A stretch of DNA of 63,168 bases from a virus. Its lineage: Duplodnaviria; Heunggongvirae; Uroviricota; Caudoviricetes. Shown in pieces: positions 11,677 through 20,064 of the stretch; the stretch's first letter is position 1, and each line of letters begins with the position of its first letter. The notes under the pieces were generated by a model that was given only the letters and a program-made list of their open reading frames with translations, was not told the origin of the DNA and did not search any database. The stretch spans positions 1-63,168 of IMG/VR virus record IMGVR_UViG_2526164633_000022; one strand, 5' to 3'. The position numbers and the translations under genes are program-made.

Positions 11677-12750
11677 TCAAGCCTTAAGAGGCTTTGTGTA
11701 TGTTCGTGTAATCCAACCAGTAATAAACTCATCCCCTGATTTAACCTGCACGTAAAGCCATTGACGATCTTTCTTATCTAAAATAGCAACAATTGTGTTT
11801 TTGCCAATGCATTCAATCACTTCACTATTTAAAGAAGGGCCGACATGCAACCTTACGTTATCACCTGTTATAGCTCTAAAATTATTAAGATCCTCCCACT
11901 GAATATCTTTATTTTCTTGTGTTAGCTTTTGCTTAGATATTGGCTTATCCTCATTTAGAGATAGAAGATATGATTCCATCTTGTAAATTTGCGATAATGT
12001 CTTTTCTTTTGCATAATCAGTTATAGCGCCAAGCACCACTTGATAAAAAATCCACAGAAGGAAGATCTGAATAGGAGAAGGAAGCGCCTTAAATGAATCA
12101 AAAAACGTCGAACTAGATTTATTAAATCCTTTGTTTTGATGCTCACTTTCGGTATGCGCTGATTTTATAGAATCATTAGCATAAGCCTGCGCGATAGTAA
12201 CAAGCCCAAGCTCTACTACTTGCTCTAATAATACACTTCTTGTTTTATTATACTGCTTTATTACTTCTTTAATATCTTTGCTTATCTTAATTTTGTAATT
12301 TATATTAGAGTGTAATTCTTTAAATACCTCCTCCATATTATTTAAGCCAGCTATCTTATTAATGGCTTCTGAGTGTTTTCGTAACGGCATAGCCATTTCA
12401 GCTTGATTTTTAATTATTTGAATATGCTCATTTGCATCACTGGGAAAAGCCGCCTGATACTGTTTCTGTAAAAATACCATTTGTTCACGAAACTGGTGTG
12501 CAATTCTCGTAACTTTTGGTAAAGACTCAAGTTCTTTTCGAAAACAATCATTAATTAATTCTTGTTTTTTAACTGTTCCAAACTGTTTAACTAAACTCTT
12601 GTAAATATATTCTGAATTTAATAAACCACTTATCTTTTTATGCCTCACTCCTTTAATTTCATTTAAATAATCATAAAAGGCAGTGCCTTCAGCTTTATTA
12701 TTAGAGTTAAGCGAAATGTGTTTAATATCCTTCACTTTATTCACCGTCAT
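11677..12750 (-). CDS. Membrane protein with C-terminal SH3b-like domain (AT-rich cassette gene 3)
   Basis: 357 aa; ~20% GC locally; hydrophobic helix IQIFLLWIFYQVVLGAI; C-terminal GDNVRLHVGPSLNSEVIECIGKNTIVAILDKKDRQWLYVQVKSGDEFITGWI resembles bacterial SH3. Confidence 0.6.
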   Translation of the reverse strand: MTVNKVKDIKHISLNSNNKAEGTAFYDYLNEIKGVRHKKISGLLNSEYIYKSLVKQFGTVKKQELINDCFRKELESLPKVTRIAHQFREQMVFLQKQYQAAFPSDANEHIQIIKNQAEMAMPLRKHSEAINKIAGLNNMEEVFKELHSNINYKIKISKDIKEVIKQYNKTRSVLLEQVVELGLVTIAQAYANDSIKSAHTESEHQNKGFNKSSSTFFDSFKALPSPIQIFLLWIFYQVVLGAITDYAKEKTLSQIYKMESYLLSLNEDKPISKQKLTQENKDIQWEDLNNFRAITGDNVRLHVGPSLNSEVIECIGKNTIVAILDKKDRQWLYVQVKSGDEFITGWITRTYTKPLKA

Positions 12751-13243
12751 CTTGTTTTAAACACCCGTCATTTTTAGCTTCTGTATAAATACTGGAAATA
12801 CCATCCAGAGTGAATGATGTGATTCGACTCGAACCGATATATACATCTATGTTTTTTTCATTTGTAGATGACACTGCCTTCCAAAATGAATACCATTCCC
12901 TACGATTAGGAGCAGTGTTTTGCGTGCCAATATTAAAACTATCCGGGCCAACAATTAAAGTAATTACATCTGCTTTACGTGATATTGTGTCGCGTGTAGA
13001 AAAATCGGCATTCTCTTTTCCTCCGCTTACATACAAATTTCTTCCAGCGATATGATCTTCTGAACCTTCCCTTGCTCCAGCATCACAAGAAAAGTTAATT
13101 GTGTAACCATCGTCATTGGTTGCAGAGATTTCTCTCCACCCTTGCTCACCTCCTACCGTCCAAACGGTAGAACCTGCCATTGCTGATAATGGCAGAAAAG
13201 AGGACATTAATAAAAAGCTATACAATGACTTATACAATTTCAT
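12737..13243 (-). CDS. Secreted protein (AT-rich cassette gene 2)
   Basis: 168 aa; signal peptide MKLYKSLYSFLLMSSFLPLSAMA; stop overlaps next gene start by 14 nt. Confidence 0.6.
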   Translation of the reverse strand: MKLYKSLYSFLLMSSFLPLSAMAGSTVWTVGGEQGWREISATNDDGYTINFSCDAGAREGSEDHIAGRNLYVSGGKENADFSTRDTISRKADVITLIVGPDSFNIGTQNTAPNRREWYSFWKAVSSTNEKNIDVYIGSSRITSFTLDGISSIYTEAKNDGCLKQDDGE

Positions 13244-13331
13244 ATTTTTATCCTTTTGTTTTTAGATATTATAGGCATAGTCCATATTGTTAGATCCACT
13301 ATGCCCAGAGAATTTAATATTATTTATTAAA

Positions 13332-13823
13332 TTATGGGGCTACACCCGGCCCCCTAGCTCGTTCTTCAAGCGTACCCTGTACGTTTTGATGGCGCATTCC
13401 TGGGGCATTTCTTATTGAGTCAATGCCATTTCTTCCAACATCTTCTTTATTAACGGCATTGCTCGCCACCAGCACACCCCAGCTAGGGATAGCAAAATCA
13501 GGAGCGGTTTCGCATGCCTTTACCATATAATCGAAAGTGCTTCGATTGATCTCGTTTGCGTCGGGATTTAATAGGCGAGAATATTGATATTTAGCATTTT
13601 CGTTGGTTGCGACTTTATATAGTTCTTGCTGCACCATCGCTTCAGAAAGTTTAAGACGTTTCATATCTGACAGTAACTTCTTGCGCATGGATTCGTCTTG
13701 ACTGACAGCAAAGCCGTAAACGTGCCCAAGGTATTTCGTATAATCGGTACAAATCTCCTTCACGCTTGATGCTGCATTAACAGTCCCAGCCATAAATAAT
13801 AACGGTAGTAATAGTTTTCTCAT
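13332..13823 (-). CDS. Secreted protein with Sit-derived C-terminal motif (AT-rich cassette gene 1)
   Basis: Start taken at MRKLLLPLLFMAGTVNA signal peptide (track ORF 13332..13850); C-terminus PGMRHQNVQGTLEERARG matches Sit GMRREVVQGTLEERARG. Confidence 0.6.
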   Translation of the reverse strand: MRKLLLPLLFMAGTVNAASSVKEICTDYTKYLGHVYGFAVSQDESMRKKLLSDMKRLKLSEAMVQQELYKVATNENAKYQYSRLLNPDANEINRSTFDYMVKACETAPDFAIPSWGVLVASNAVNKEDVGRNGIDSIRNAPGMRHQNVQGTLEERARGPGVAP

Positions 13824-13918
13824 TATAACCTCACCTGCCTTATAACTCATTTAGGGTACATATTTTCGCCTTTAAAAAAAGAGGTTATTAGATCCAATTG
13901 TGCATTTATTAAACAAGC

Positions 13919-13935
13919 AATGCTCTAATAAATTT
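13919..13935 (+). promoter_or_regulatory. C1 operator-like 17-mer upstream of c4-icd-ant
   Basis: AATGCTCTAATAAATTT matches recalled P1 C1 operator consensus ATTGCTCTAATAAATTT. Confidence 0.7.
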
Positions 13936-14104
13936 GTATTTTTAAGTCGCGAATGCTATCTTTTCGCATCATATTGACCTTTTAATCGTTCAGGCTTATA
14001 GTTCCGCCGTCGTAGCAAATTCTGCGACCGGGTTTAGCAGCCTGAATACTTACGCGGACAACCGCAGATTTCCGATATTGCGGTATTTTTGTGTCCGTAA
14101 ACCA

Positions 14105-14190
14105 CGTTACGCCCGAATTATGGTGGGGCGTGATGGGGAGGCTTCGGCCTGCTGGTTTCGTAAGTGCCAGTCTGCTAACCCCGTCACGTC
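14105..14190 (+). ncRNA. c4: c4-like antisense immunity RNA (approximate bounds)
   Basis: Between operator and icd; contains CTGCTAA complementary to the repeated TTTAGCAG at 14033 and 14201; bounds not determined. Confidence 0.4.
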
Positions 14191-14247
14191 CTGCCACCTG
14201 TTTAGCAGCGGGTCGCAGGTTGTTTATCAACTTACGAGGCCGTAACT

Positions 14248-14469
14248 ATGGTTAATGCCAATCCTTGCGCACGCCAAGAATTCATCTGGCGTTTCTATTC
14301 CTGTAAAAAACACCACTATCACTTCGTTATCGCTGCAACAGAAGACGAAGCACGCTCTCAATTGCCTGATGGCCCCTGCATTTTTACTGCCCGTTTTTCA
14401 ACTAACTCGCGCAATTCACTTAGTTACTGGAACCTCCCCTTCTCTGCCGACGTTCAGGGGGGTTTATGA
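14248..14469 (+). CDS. icd: Small protein upstream of antirepressor (Icd-like)
   Basis: 73 aa; stop overlaps ant start (ATGA at 14466-14469); position as in P1 immunity region. Confidence 0.5.
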   Translation: MVNANPCARQEFIWRFYSCKKHHYHFVIAATEDEARSQLPDGPCIFTARFSTNSRNSLSYWNLPFSADVQGGL

Positions 14470-15512
14470 AAAAACCTCTCGTCACCCGGAATGAAATAGC
14501 CGAAGCGATCGCCCTGCATACTGCCTGTATGCCGACACGGGAGATCCCCGGCGCAATTGCCAACTATTTCATGATAACCAAGCGTTTTTATACCCGGATA
14601 GATAAGGCTGTGATCAACAGGCTACTGATAGCCGAGATCAGGGATTATTTGATTGAACAAGGACGTCTACGTTACGCAACGGTGGCAGCAGAAATGAGAA
14701 AGGAGGCACATAGAATGACCGGTAATAATTTGAATGTTGAAAAACCAGCACCTGTTGCTTCAGCTACGCCAGCACCAGCCCTGAATGTCATCCCCAACAC
14801 CGGAGACACAATCGACAGCCAAACATTGTTGAAGATGGTCAATGAGGCACGGAAATTATGTAGCGAAAAACCAGTTCGCAACAATGATTTCATTGCCAGA
14901 GTTAAGGATGAGCTTGATGGGGAGGGTTACGAAATCTTCGTAACCCCTATGGATAAGAAAAAAGGTGGAGCGGATCAGGTAGTTATAGTAATGACATACA
15001 AACAAGCCCTGCGCGTTGCTGCTCGCGAATCGAAAGCGGTCCGTCGTTCGCTGATCGACAAACTGGAAGAATTGCAGCAGGCAAACTCCCCTACCCCATC
15101 GATCCCCCAAACATTACCAGAAGCTCTACGCCTGGCTGCCGAGTTGGCAGAACAGAAAATGCAGTTGGAACAACAGCTGGTGGCCGCAGCCCCTAAAGTC
15201 GATTTTGCCGACCGGGTATCAGCGGCTAATGGAATCCTGATCGGGAACTTTGCAAAGGTCGTTGGACTTAAGCAAAACGCCCTTTTCTCATGGTTGCGCC
15301 AGAACGACATTCTCATGGCTTTTGGTGCGCGCAAAAACGTACCGCGCCAGCAGTACATTAACGCCGGGTATTTCACGGTGAAAGAAGTGGTGCTGGATGA
15401 TGAAAATGGCTACCAGATACGGCTGACGCCCCAATTAACGGGTAAAGGCCAGCAGTGGTTAACTCGCAAGCTACTTGATGCTGGTTTGTTAAAACCAGTA
15501 GCAATAGGTTAA
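14466..15512 (+). CDS. ant: Antirepressor with KilA-C type C-terminal domain
   Basis: 348 aa; C-terminal PKVDFADRVSAANGILIGNFAKVVGLKQNALFSWLRQNDILMAF...GYFTVKE; paralogous to C-terminus of next gene. Confidence 0.8.
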   Translation: MKKPLVTRNEIAEAIALHTACMPTREIPGAIANYFMITKRFYTRIDKAVINRLLIAEIRDYLIEQGRLRYATVAAEMRKEAHRMTGNNLNVEKPAPVASATPAPALNVIPNTGDTIDSQTLLKMVNEARKLCSEKPVRNNDFIARVKDELDGEGYEIFVTPMDKKKGGADQVVIVMTYKQALRVAARESKAVRRSLIDKLEELQQANSPTPSIPQTLPEALRLAAELAEQKMQLEQQLVAAAPKVDFADRVSAANGILIGNFAKVVGLKQNALFSWLRQNDILMAFGARKNVPRQQYINAGYFTVKEVVLDDENGYQIRLTPQLTGKGQQWLTRKLLDAGLLKPVAIG

Positions 15513-15525
15513 CAAAAGAAAAAAA

Positions 15526-15550
15526 CCTGCCAGCAAACTGGCAGGTTTCT
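15526..15550 (+). terminator. Rho-independent terminator after ant
   Basis: CCTGCCAG-CAAA-CTGGCAGG followed by TTTCT. Confidence 0.6.
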
Positions 15551-15590
15551 GAGCAGATCGTCCAACCCGATCTGGATCGGGTCAGAAAAA

Positions 15591-15607
15591 TTTGCTCTAA
15601 TAAATTT
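15591..15607 (+). promoter_or_regulatory. C1 operator upstream of kilA-repL
   Basis: TTTGCTCTAATAAATTT. Confidence 0.7.
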
Positions 15608-15676
15608 CGTTTTCTAAGTGCAAAGAATCACCATTTCGAGCTGGTGATTGAAGGTTGATGCAAATTTGGAGAAAAA

Positions 15677-16477
15677 ATGCAACAAACATTCAATGCGGAT
15701 ATGAATATATCAAACCTTCATCAAAATGTCGATCCTTCAACCACTCTGCCCGTTATTTGTGGTGTTGAAATTACGACCGACCGCGCTGGCCGTTACAACC
15801 TTAATGCTCTACACAGAGCGAGCGGACTCGGTGCCCATAAAGCGCCAGCTCAATGGCTAAGAACGCTGTCAGCTAAACAGCTCATCGAAGAGCTTGAAAA
15901 AGAAACTATGCAGAATTGCATAGTTTCGTTCGAAGGCCGTGGCGGCGGCACTTTTGCCCATGAATTGCTCGCTGTGGAGTACGCAGGCTGGATTTCTCCC
16001 GCGTTTCGGCTGAAGGTAAACCAGACATTTATCGACTATCGAGCTGGAAGATTACAACCTGCTATTCCGCAGAGTCTCCCTGAAGCTCTCCGTTTGGCTG
16101 CCGACCTGGCAGAGCAAAAGCAACGGCTGGAGCAAAAAATGCTTATGGATGCACCTAAAGTCGAATTCGCCGAACGCGTTGCTACCGCCAGCGGGGTTCT
16201 AATCGGCAACTATGCCAAAGTGCTCGGCCTGGGCCAAAACTATCTCTTCACTTGGTTGCGTGATAACGGAATTCTGATCGCAACCGGTGAACGCAGGAAC
16301 GTCCCCAAACAAGAATACATATCCCGTGGGTACTTCACCCTCAAAGAAACCGTGATCGATACAAGCAATGGAAGCAGGATTTCTTTCACGACTCGTATAA
16401 CCGGTAAAGGTCAGCAGTGGCTTATGAAGCGATTGCTTGATGCTGGTGTGCTGGTACCTGTCGCGGCAACGCGCTAA
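15677..16477 (+). CDS. kilA: KilA (KilA-N domain plus KilA-C/antirepressor-like C-terminus)
   Basis: 266 aa; C-terminal half ~60% identical to C-terminus of ant; directly precedes repL. Confidence 0.75.
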   Translation: MQQTFNADMNISNLHQNVDPSTTLPVICGVEITTDRAGRYNLNALHRASGLGAHKAPAQWLRTLSAKQLIEELEKETMQNCIVSFEGRGGGTFAHELLAVEYAGWISPAFRLKVNQTFIDYRAGRLQPAIPQSLPEALRLAADLAEQKQRLEQKMLMDAPKVEFAERVATASGVLIGNYAKVLGLGQNYLFTWLRDNGILIATGERRNVPKQEYISRGYFTLKETVIDTSNGSRISFTTRITGKGQQWLMKRLLDAGVLVPVAATR

Positions 16478-16506
16478 CAAACGTAGTAAGAACCACCAGC
16501 ATTGTA

Positions 16507-17352
16507 ATGCTGGCTAAAGTCACTTTCCTGAGCTGTATAACGATGAGCGATTTTACTTTTTCTGGCTATGAATTGGCCTGCTTTGTAACACACTCCGGTC
16601 TATCCCGTAGCGCCGGGCATATCCTGTCGCAATGTGCAAATCTCGCGGCAACAACCAGTGAATACTTCATTCACAAGCCTCACCGCCTGATCGCGGCAGA
16701 AACTGGTTATAGCCAATCAACCGTCGTTCGTGCATTCCGTGAAGCTGTAAACAAAGGAATTCTGTCTGTAGAGATTGTTATCGGCGATCACCGTGAACGT
16801 CGCGCTAACCTGTACCGGTTTACACCATCATTTTTGGCCTTCGCACAACAAGCCAAAAATGCGCTGATTGAAAGCAAATTAAAGATCTCTTCAGCGGCAA
16901 CCAAGGTTAAAGCTGTTCTCGCTAAGACATTGGCTTTATTTAATTTTTTATCCACACCCCCATGTCAAAATGATACCCCCTCCCCCTGTCAGGATGACGT
17001 GGCAATAAAGAATAAGAAGTCACAAGTTAAAAAAACAGAAAGATCAGTTTCCGGCGGTGCCGGAACGACCAGGCTCAAAAATTTGACTTCCTGGATCGCT
17101 GAGGCAAAAGCAAAGGCTGACAATCTGCGGTTATCCAAAAAACGCGCTCAAAAACATGAGTTCAAGCAGAAAGTAGAGGCGGCAGCGCGGAAATATGCTT
17201 ACCTGAAGAACAAGCGTTCTCCTGATATTGGCGGGGTATCAAACTTCGATAATCTGCCGCATTGCATGACGGTAAACGAAGCTCTTAATGCGGTTTTAGC
17301 CAAAAATAAAGATAACGAACAATGGGGTATACCTGCAGGATTCAGAGGGTGA
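16507..17352 (+). CDS. repL: Lytic replication protein RepL-like
   Basis: 281 aa; position after kilA under the same operator; size matches recalled P1 RepL. Confidence 0.65.
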   Translation: MLAKVTFLSCITMSDFTFSGYELACFVTHSGLSRSAGHILSQCANLAATTSEYFIHKPHRLIAAETGYSQSTVVRAFREAVNKGILSVEIVIGDHRERRANLYRFTPSFLAFAQQAKNALIESKLKISSAATKVKAVLAKTLALFNFLSTPPCQNDTPSPCQDDVAIKNKKSQVKKTERSVSGGAGTTRLKNLTSWIAEAKAKADNLRLSKKRAQKHEFKQKVEAAARKYAYLKNKRSPDIGGVSNFDNLPHCMTVNEALNAVLAKNKDNEQWGIPAGFRG

Positions 17353-17402
17353 TAGATTGCTCTAATCTGGAGTCACCTGGCGTTTTCAGTTTGAGGTCGG
17401 AG

Positions 17403-17648
17403 ATGCAATCTGATTTTTTACAGTTAGCGATCGCTTTTGCAGGATATGTTTGTATTGGCTTCTGTGTATACATGATCAGCCGAAAAATGCTTGTCGATAT
17501 CGACCGCAAAGAACAAGCAGAGGAGATCTTAGTATGGATTTTCTTTGGCGCGGTCTGGCCATTAGGGATCATGTTTGCTGCAACATTTCTTCTGATGTGG
17601 ATATTCACCCTTCCAGGTGATTTCTATAGAAAAAAAGCCAGACATTGA
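17403..17648 (+). CDS. Small two-helix membrane protein
   Basis: Start at MQSDFLQ with GAGGT RBS (track ORF 17322..17648); two hydrophobic helices. Confidence 0.45.
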   Translation: MQSDFLQLAIAFAGYVCIGFCVYMISRKMLVDIDRKEQAEEILVWIFFGAVWPLGIMFAATFLLMWIFTLPGDFYRKKARH

Positions 17649-17771
17649 TACAATCGTTGCGGGTGCTTGAGGCTATCTGCTTCAGGCATTACCCGAAAAG
17701 CAGATAGAAGAAAGCCCCAGATAACATTACGCGTCCTGCAAGACGCTTAACATTAATCTGAGGCCATATCT

Positions 17772-17978
17772 ATGCTTAGCATACGTAGATTAGCCTCTTA
17801 CCGACCAAAAGGTCAAGGAGAAGCAGGCTATGAAGCAGCAAAAAGCGATATTAATCGCTCTGATCGTCATCTGTTTAACCGTCATTGTGACGGCACTGGT
17901 AACGAGGAAAGACCTCTGCGAGGTACGAATCCGAACCGGCCAGACGGAGGTCACTGTCTTCACAGCCTACGAATCTGA
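17772..17978 (+). CDS. mok-like overlapping reading frame of hok locus
   Basis: 68-codon frame overlapping hok, as in hok/mok/sok loci. Confidence 0.35.
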   Translation: MLSIRRLASYRPKGQGEAGYEAAKSDINRSDRHLFNRHCDGTGNEERPLRGTNPNRPDGGHCLHSLRI

Positions 17979-17985
17979 AAGGTAA
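17830..17985 (+). CDS. hok: Hok/Gef family type I toxin (51 aa)
   Basis: Own translation MKQQKAILIALIVICLTVIVTALVTRKDLCEVRIRTGQTEVTVFTAYESER; near-identical to recalled Gef/HokC core LVTRKDLCEV.IRTGQTEV.VFTAYES; below 60-aa track cutoff. Confidence 0.85.
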   Translation: MKQQKAILIALIVICLTVIVTALVTRKDLCEVRIRTGQTEVTVFTAYESER

Positions 17986-18061
17986 GAGACCTGGCGGGGA
18001 GAGATCCTCGCCACTCTTCGTGTGTCAGGTATCCTCAATGCACCCTTTCCTCTCCAAATAA

Positions 18062-18087
18062 AAAAGCTCCCGAAGGAGCTTTAAAAT
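18062..18087. terminator. Hairpin terminator between hok and convergent tail gene
   Basis: AGCTCC-CGAA-GGAGCT flanked by A-run and T-rich stretch. Confidence 0.5.
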
Positions 18088-18101
18088 ACAAGGGATGACT
18101 C

Positions 18102-18611
18102 TTAATCCCACTCAATCCAGTTGTAGACGATACGAAGTGACGGGCGCACAGCGGCAGTCACATCTTCGGTACTAAAGTCGATTGCATCACTGTAGATTTT
18201 GCAGTCCAACATTTCAATTGTTGTAGCAGCTTTTGTCACAGCGTTAACCCCGGAAGATTTGGATTCAGGGGTCGCAGCCATCGTGATATCAACATAGTCC
18301 TTCGCCGCAATGCGATCTTTAATGAACTGAAGAATATCGCCTTCGATAGTCTCCACGCACTGGACCTGGATTTCCCCAGAGTTTCGAATTGGACCGTGCT
18401 GGTTGAACTTCACACCATTCGGACCATAGTCCTCCACATCCTCGCGGGTCATTTCAGGAATTTGCGACGTGCGAACCAGTACGCTGATATCTTCATGGCC
18501 TGCAAAAGTGAGCTGGAATTCAGAAGATACCAGTCGTTCGCCTTTGGCCGCGTTGGCAGTATAGCGGCCCTTAATAAATTTACGGTTTCCCTTAGTGTTA
18601 TTGTGCCCCAT
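18102..18611 (-). CDS. Putative tail structural protein
   Basis: 169-aa ORF at distal end of sheath operon. Confidence 0.5.
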   Translation of the reverse strand: MGHNNTKGNRKFIKGRYTANAAKGERLVSSEFQLTFAGHEDISVLVRTSQIPEMTREDVEDYGPNGVKFNQHGPIRNSGEIQVQCVETIEGDILQFIKDRIAAKDYVDITMAATPESKSSGVNAVTKAATTIEMLDCKIYSDAIDFSTEDVTAAVRPSLRIVYNWIEWD

Positions 18612-18622
18612 ATAAAATCCTT

Positions 18623-19204
18623 TTACTGGAACGCCCGAACAATATCGGAGCTGTTATATATCGAAGAACCGGTCAACTGGAGGTTGACGGTGTTTTTCAG
18701 GAAATGCCCATTGCTGTCCCTGGGCGCATCGAGATCGAAACTTATGTCCTGGATAGCGACATCAATGATGTTGATCCGGCGACCAATGTTTAGCGTCACA
18801 CGCTCCGGGATTCGACCACCAATACTGGCATCTTTGAGTTCCGGGCTAATCATCGCTGACAATGCGGCGATAGCTCCTGAAACCTCCGTGAATGGGTCAA
18901 ACAAAGCGATGAAAGTTACTGGCAGCGTGAAAGTCGGCGGTGTTCCCCCTTCCCAAACCATTAAGCTGTTCCAACGAGCAACAGACGTTGTTTCAGTACC
19001 AACCTGCGCAAAACCACTGAAGGCACCAGCAACAGAACCCATGGACATACCAGTAAAAGGTGCTTCCCAATTCTGGGCCATGTTCATTGCCGCCCCCTGG
19101 CTGATATATCCGGTAACCTGGTACTGAGAGTTCGTTAAAGTAACTTTCAGAAATGGCGATACACCGTCAGCCTGGCTGTAAACCCCATAAGGTATAGGTG
19201 CCAT
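18623..19204 (-). CDS. Putative tail/baseplate structural protein
   Basis: 193-aa ORF in sheath operon. Confidence 0.5.
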   Translation of the reverse strand: MAPIPYGVYSQADGVSPFLKVTLTNSQYQVTGYISQGAAMNMAQNWEAPFTGMSMGSVAGAFSGFAQVGTETTSVARWNSLMVWEGGTPPTFTLPVTFIALFDPFTEVSGAIAALSAMISPELKDASIGGRIPERVTLNIGRRINIIDVAIQDISFDLDAPRDSNGHFLKNTVNLQLTGSSIYNSSDIVRAFQ

Positions 19205-19239
19205 TCAAGTTAAAGGCCGGAGTTCTCCGGCCTCCTCCT

Positions 19240-20055
19240 TTAGCCGAGGCGCTTACGGCGCAGTTTCATTGACTTTTTGCGGGCCAGTTTTGCCGCGCCG
19301 GTCTGGGCTTTACGACGCGCTTTTTTCAGCGCCGATTTTTGAGCCGCAGTCAGACGTTTTTTACGCAGGCGTTTACGGATGAGTTTGATCTCACCGTTAC
19401 GAACAACCTTCTTAAATGCTTCAGTCAGCATTTCATCAGAAGTGCCAGCAACAACAAACGCCGCTTCCAGTTCGTCACGGTCGTCGCTATCTAAACCAGC
19501 GATAGAGGCACCAACATCAGCAGCTGCGTCGTCGTCTTCATCGTCAGCCAGTGCTTCGATCAGGTCATCATCTACACCGCATGCTGCGAGGAAGTCAGCA
19601 ACATTTGCCCATGCTTCGTTATAGGCATCGTCCTGTTCTTCTGTAACTTCGGAGTCGTCGTCATCAGAGATACCAGCGATAGCCTGAACGAAACCATCAA
19701 GGGAGTCGAAAGTCAGATCACCGCTATCAGCCCAGGCGAAAACGGCGTCGGCCGCATCACTCAACGCATTCTGCATAGCACTTCGATTTGCAGCTTCCAG
19801 AATCATCTGGTGCGCCTGTTCGACGGTCCATTCTTTACCGTCTTTCCCTTCCAGGATTTGCTCAGGAGCCGGGGCAGATGGAACGTTATCGTTAGTCTGT
19901 GCCGCCGGTTCCGGATTATTATTAATAACCGGATCTGTTGGCGGTTCAGCGCTTGCTCGGGCAGACTCCATCAGCTGCACAGGATCAGAGTTCAAAGCGA
20001 AACGGGACAGTCCATTCCCCAAAAATGCCCCGGATTGAAAAAAGTTTTTGCTCAT
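19240..20055 (-). CDS. Highly acidic protein with polybasic C-terminal tail
   Basis: 271 aa; Asp/Glu-rich body; C-terminus RKRLRKKRLTAAQKSALKKARRKAQTGAAKLARKKSMKLRRKRLG. Confidence 0.55.
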   Translation of the reverse strand: MSKNFFQSGAFLGNGLSRFALNSDPVQLMESARASAEPPTDPVINNNPEPAAQTNDNVPSAPAPEQILEGKDGKEWTVEQAHQMILEAANRSAMQNALSDAADAVFAWADSGDLTFDSLDGFVQAIAGISDDDDSEVTEEQDDAYNEAWANVADFLAACGVDDDLIEALADDEDDDAAADVGASIAGLDSDDRDELEAAFVVAGTSDEMLTEAFKKVVRNGEIKLIRKRLRKKRLTAAQKSALKKARRKAQTGAAKLARKKSMKLRRKRLG

Positions 20056-20064
20056 TGTATTTCC

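Noticed and set aside
14672-15376. Minus-strand ORFs inside ant
   Set aside because: Antisense to a well-supported antirepressor gene.
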